Assembly (NCBI GenBank): GCA_035389045.1
Contig: DAOORA010000029.1
Location: 1-49,250 of the forward strand
DNA from: Bacteroidales bacterium
GTDB taxonomy: Bacteria; Bacteroidota; Bacteroidia; Bacteroidales; CAIWKO01
Length of the DNA stretch: 49,250 nucleotides
Direction of reading: 5' to 3'
The notes under the pieces are model-generated. The model worked only from the letters and a program-made list of their open reading frames with translations, was not told the origin of the DNA and did not search any database. Shown piece by piece: positions 48,887 through 49,250 of the stretch (positions within the stretch are counted from its first letter, which is position 1; every line of letters begins with the position of its first letter). The position numbers and the translations under genes were made by a program.

Positions 48887-49036
48887 TAAACTTGCTGGTA
48901 ACGGTTTGGCGGTTGCTGTTCGGTGGCGATTTCACCACTAAGGTTTCCACGAAGAACAAAGGTTTCAAAAAGCACTTCACTGTCATACGAAGCACTGTCC
49001 CGCCACTGACAGCAAACGCCTGTTACCGCCTGGTGT
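48887..49036 (-). repeat. attC-like site A (family 2)
   Basis: Plus strand AAC(48900-02)...GGCGGTTGCTGTTCGGTGGCG...CGCCACTGACAGCAAACGCC.GTT(49022-24); 125 bp. Confidence 0.85.
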
Positions 49037-49250
49037 TCTTTCATCTGTCTTTGTAAACCATTGTCAACATTGAGTTTCTCTGTCATTGTCATTTTACTTT
49101 CTTGTCTGTCTGTGTCGGCTCGTATGTTTGCGTTTTTTATTTTTCTTAAAGGGTCAGGAAATTTTTTTAAAACAATTTTTCTTTAGCGTTGGCTTGTAAG
49201 CCGCCGGCGAAATGCATCTTTCCCATCTGATCAAATAGATGCAACTTGCG

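Larger units (their letters stand above)
42202..49036 (-). mobile_element. Integron-like gene cassette array (attC-like sites; no integrase in window)
   Basis: Co-oriented single genes, each followed by an AAC...GTT-bounded imperfect inverted repeat; cassette ends match each other; visibly more AT-rich than the upstream chromosome. Confidence 0.85.

Noticed and set aside
44278..48902. Reading the cassette terminal inverted repeats as transposon ends or invertible-segment repeats
   Set aside because: No transposase or target duplications, all genes share one orientation, and each repeat abuts a shared hairpin at the GTT/AAC core, which fits cassette integration better.
1..49250. tRNA/rRNA genes, integrase, transposase or prophage genes
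   Set aside because: None recognised by eye or in the ORF translations.

Overview
Bacterial DNA from a Bacteroidota genome, probably a non-Bacteroides Bacteroidales. This rests on TAnnTTTG promoter motifs, several type IX secretion (T9SS) cargo proteins, PorV/PorU-like genes and DUF4783. Positions 1-42164 are mostly chromosomal: a >1077-aa Cys-rich Ig-repeat protein running off the left edge (missing from the ORF track), a T9SS adhesin-like gene followed by a neutral ceramidase, an aldo/keto reductase, an O-methyltransferase, an RND efflux operon, a PorV-like/C25 (PorU-like) pair followed by a methyltransferase-GT2-GT-C module and lnt, then rlmH, nadC, yihY, a CPBP protease, yicC, an OmpA-family gene, two tandem paralog pairs and comF. 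The most striking feature lies at about 42200-49036: an AT-rich, integron-like array of co-oriented single-gene cassettes separated by ~120-130 bp AAC...GTT hairpin sites (attC-like). Each of the three intact cassettes is bounded by its own 15-16 bp terminal inverted repeat. The sites fall into two covarying families, the intact cargo genes encode exported proteins (T9SS cargo, a serine hydrolase, a MACPF-like protein), and the array decays toward its distal end (GTT-to-GTC change, MITE insertion, pseudogene). No integrase gene lies inside the window. All calls are by eye; no searches were run.
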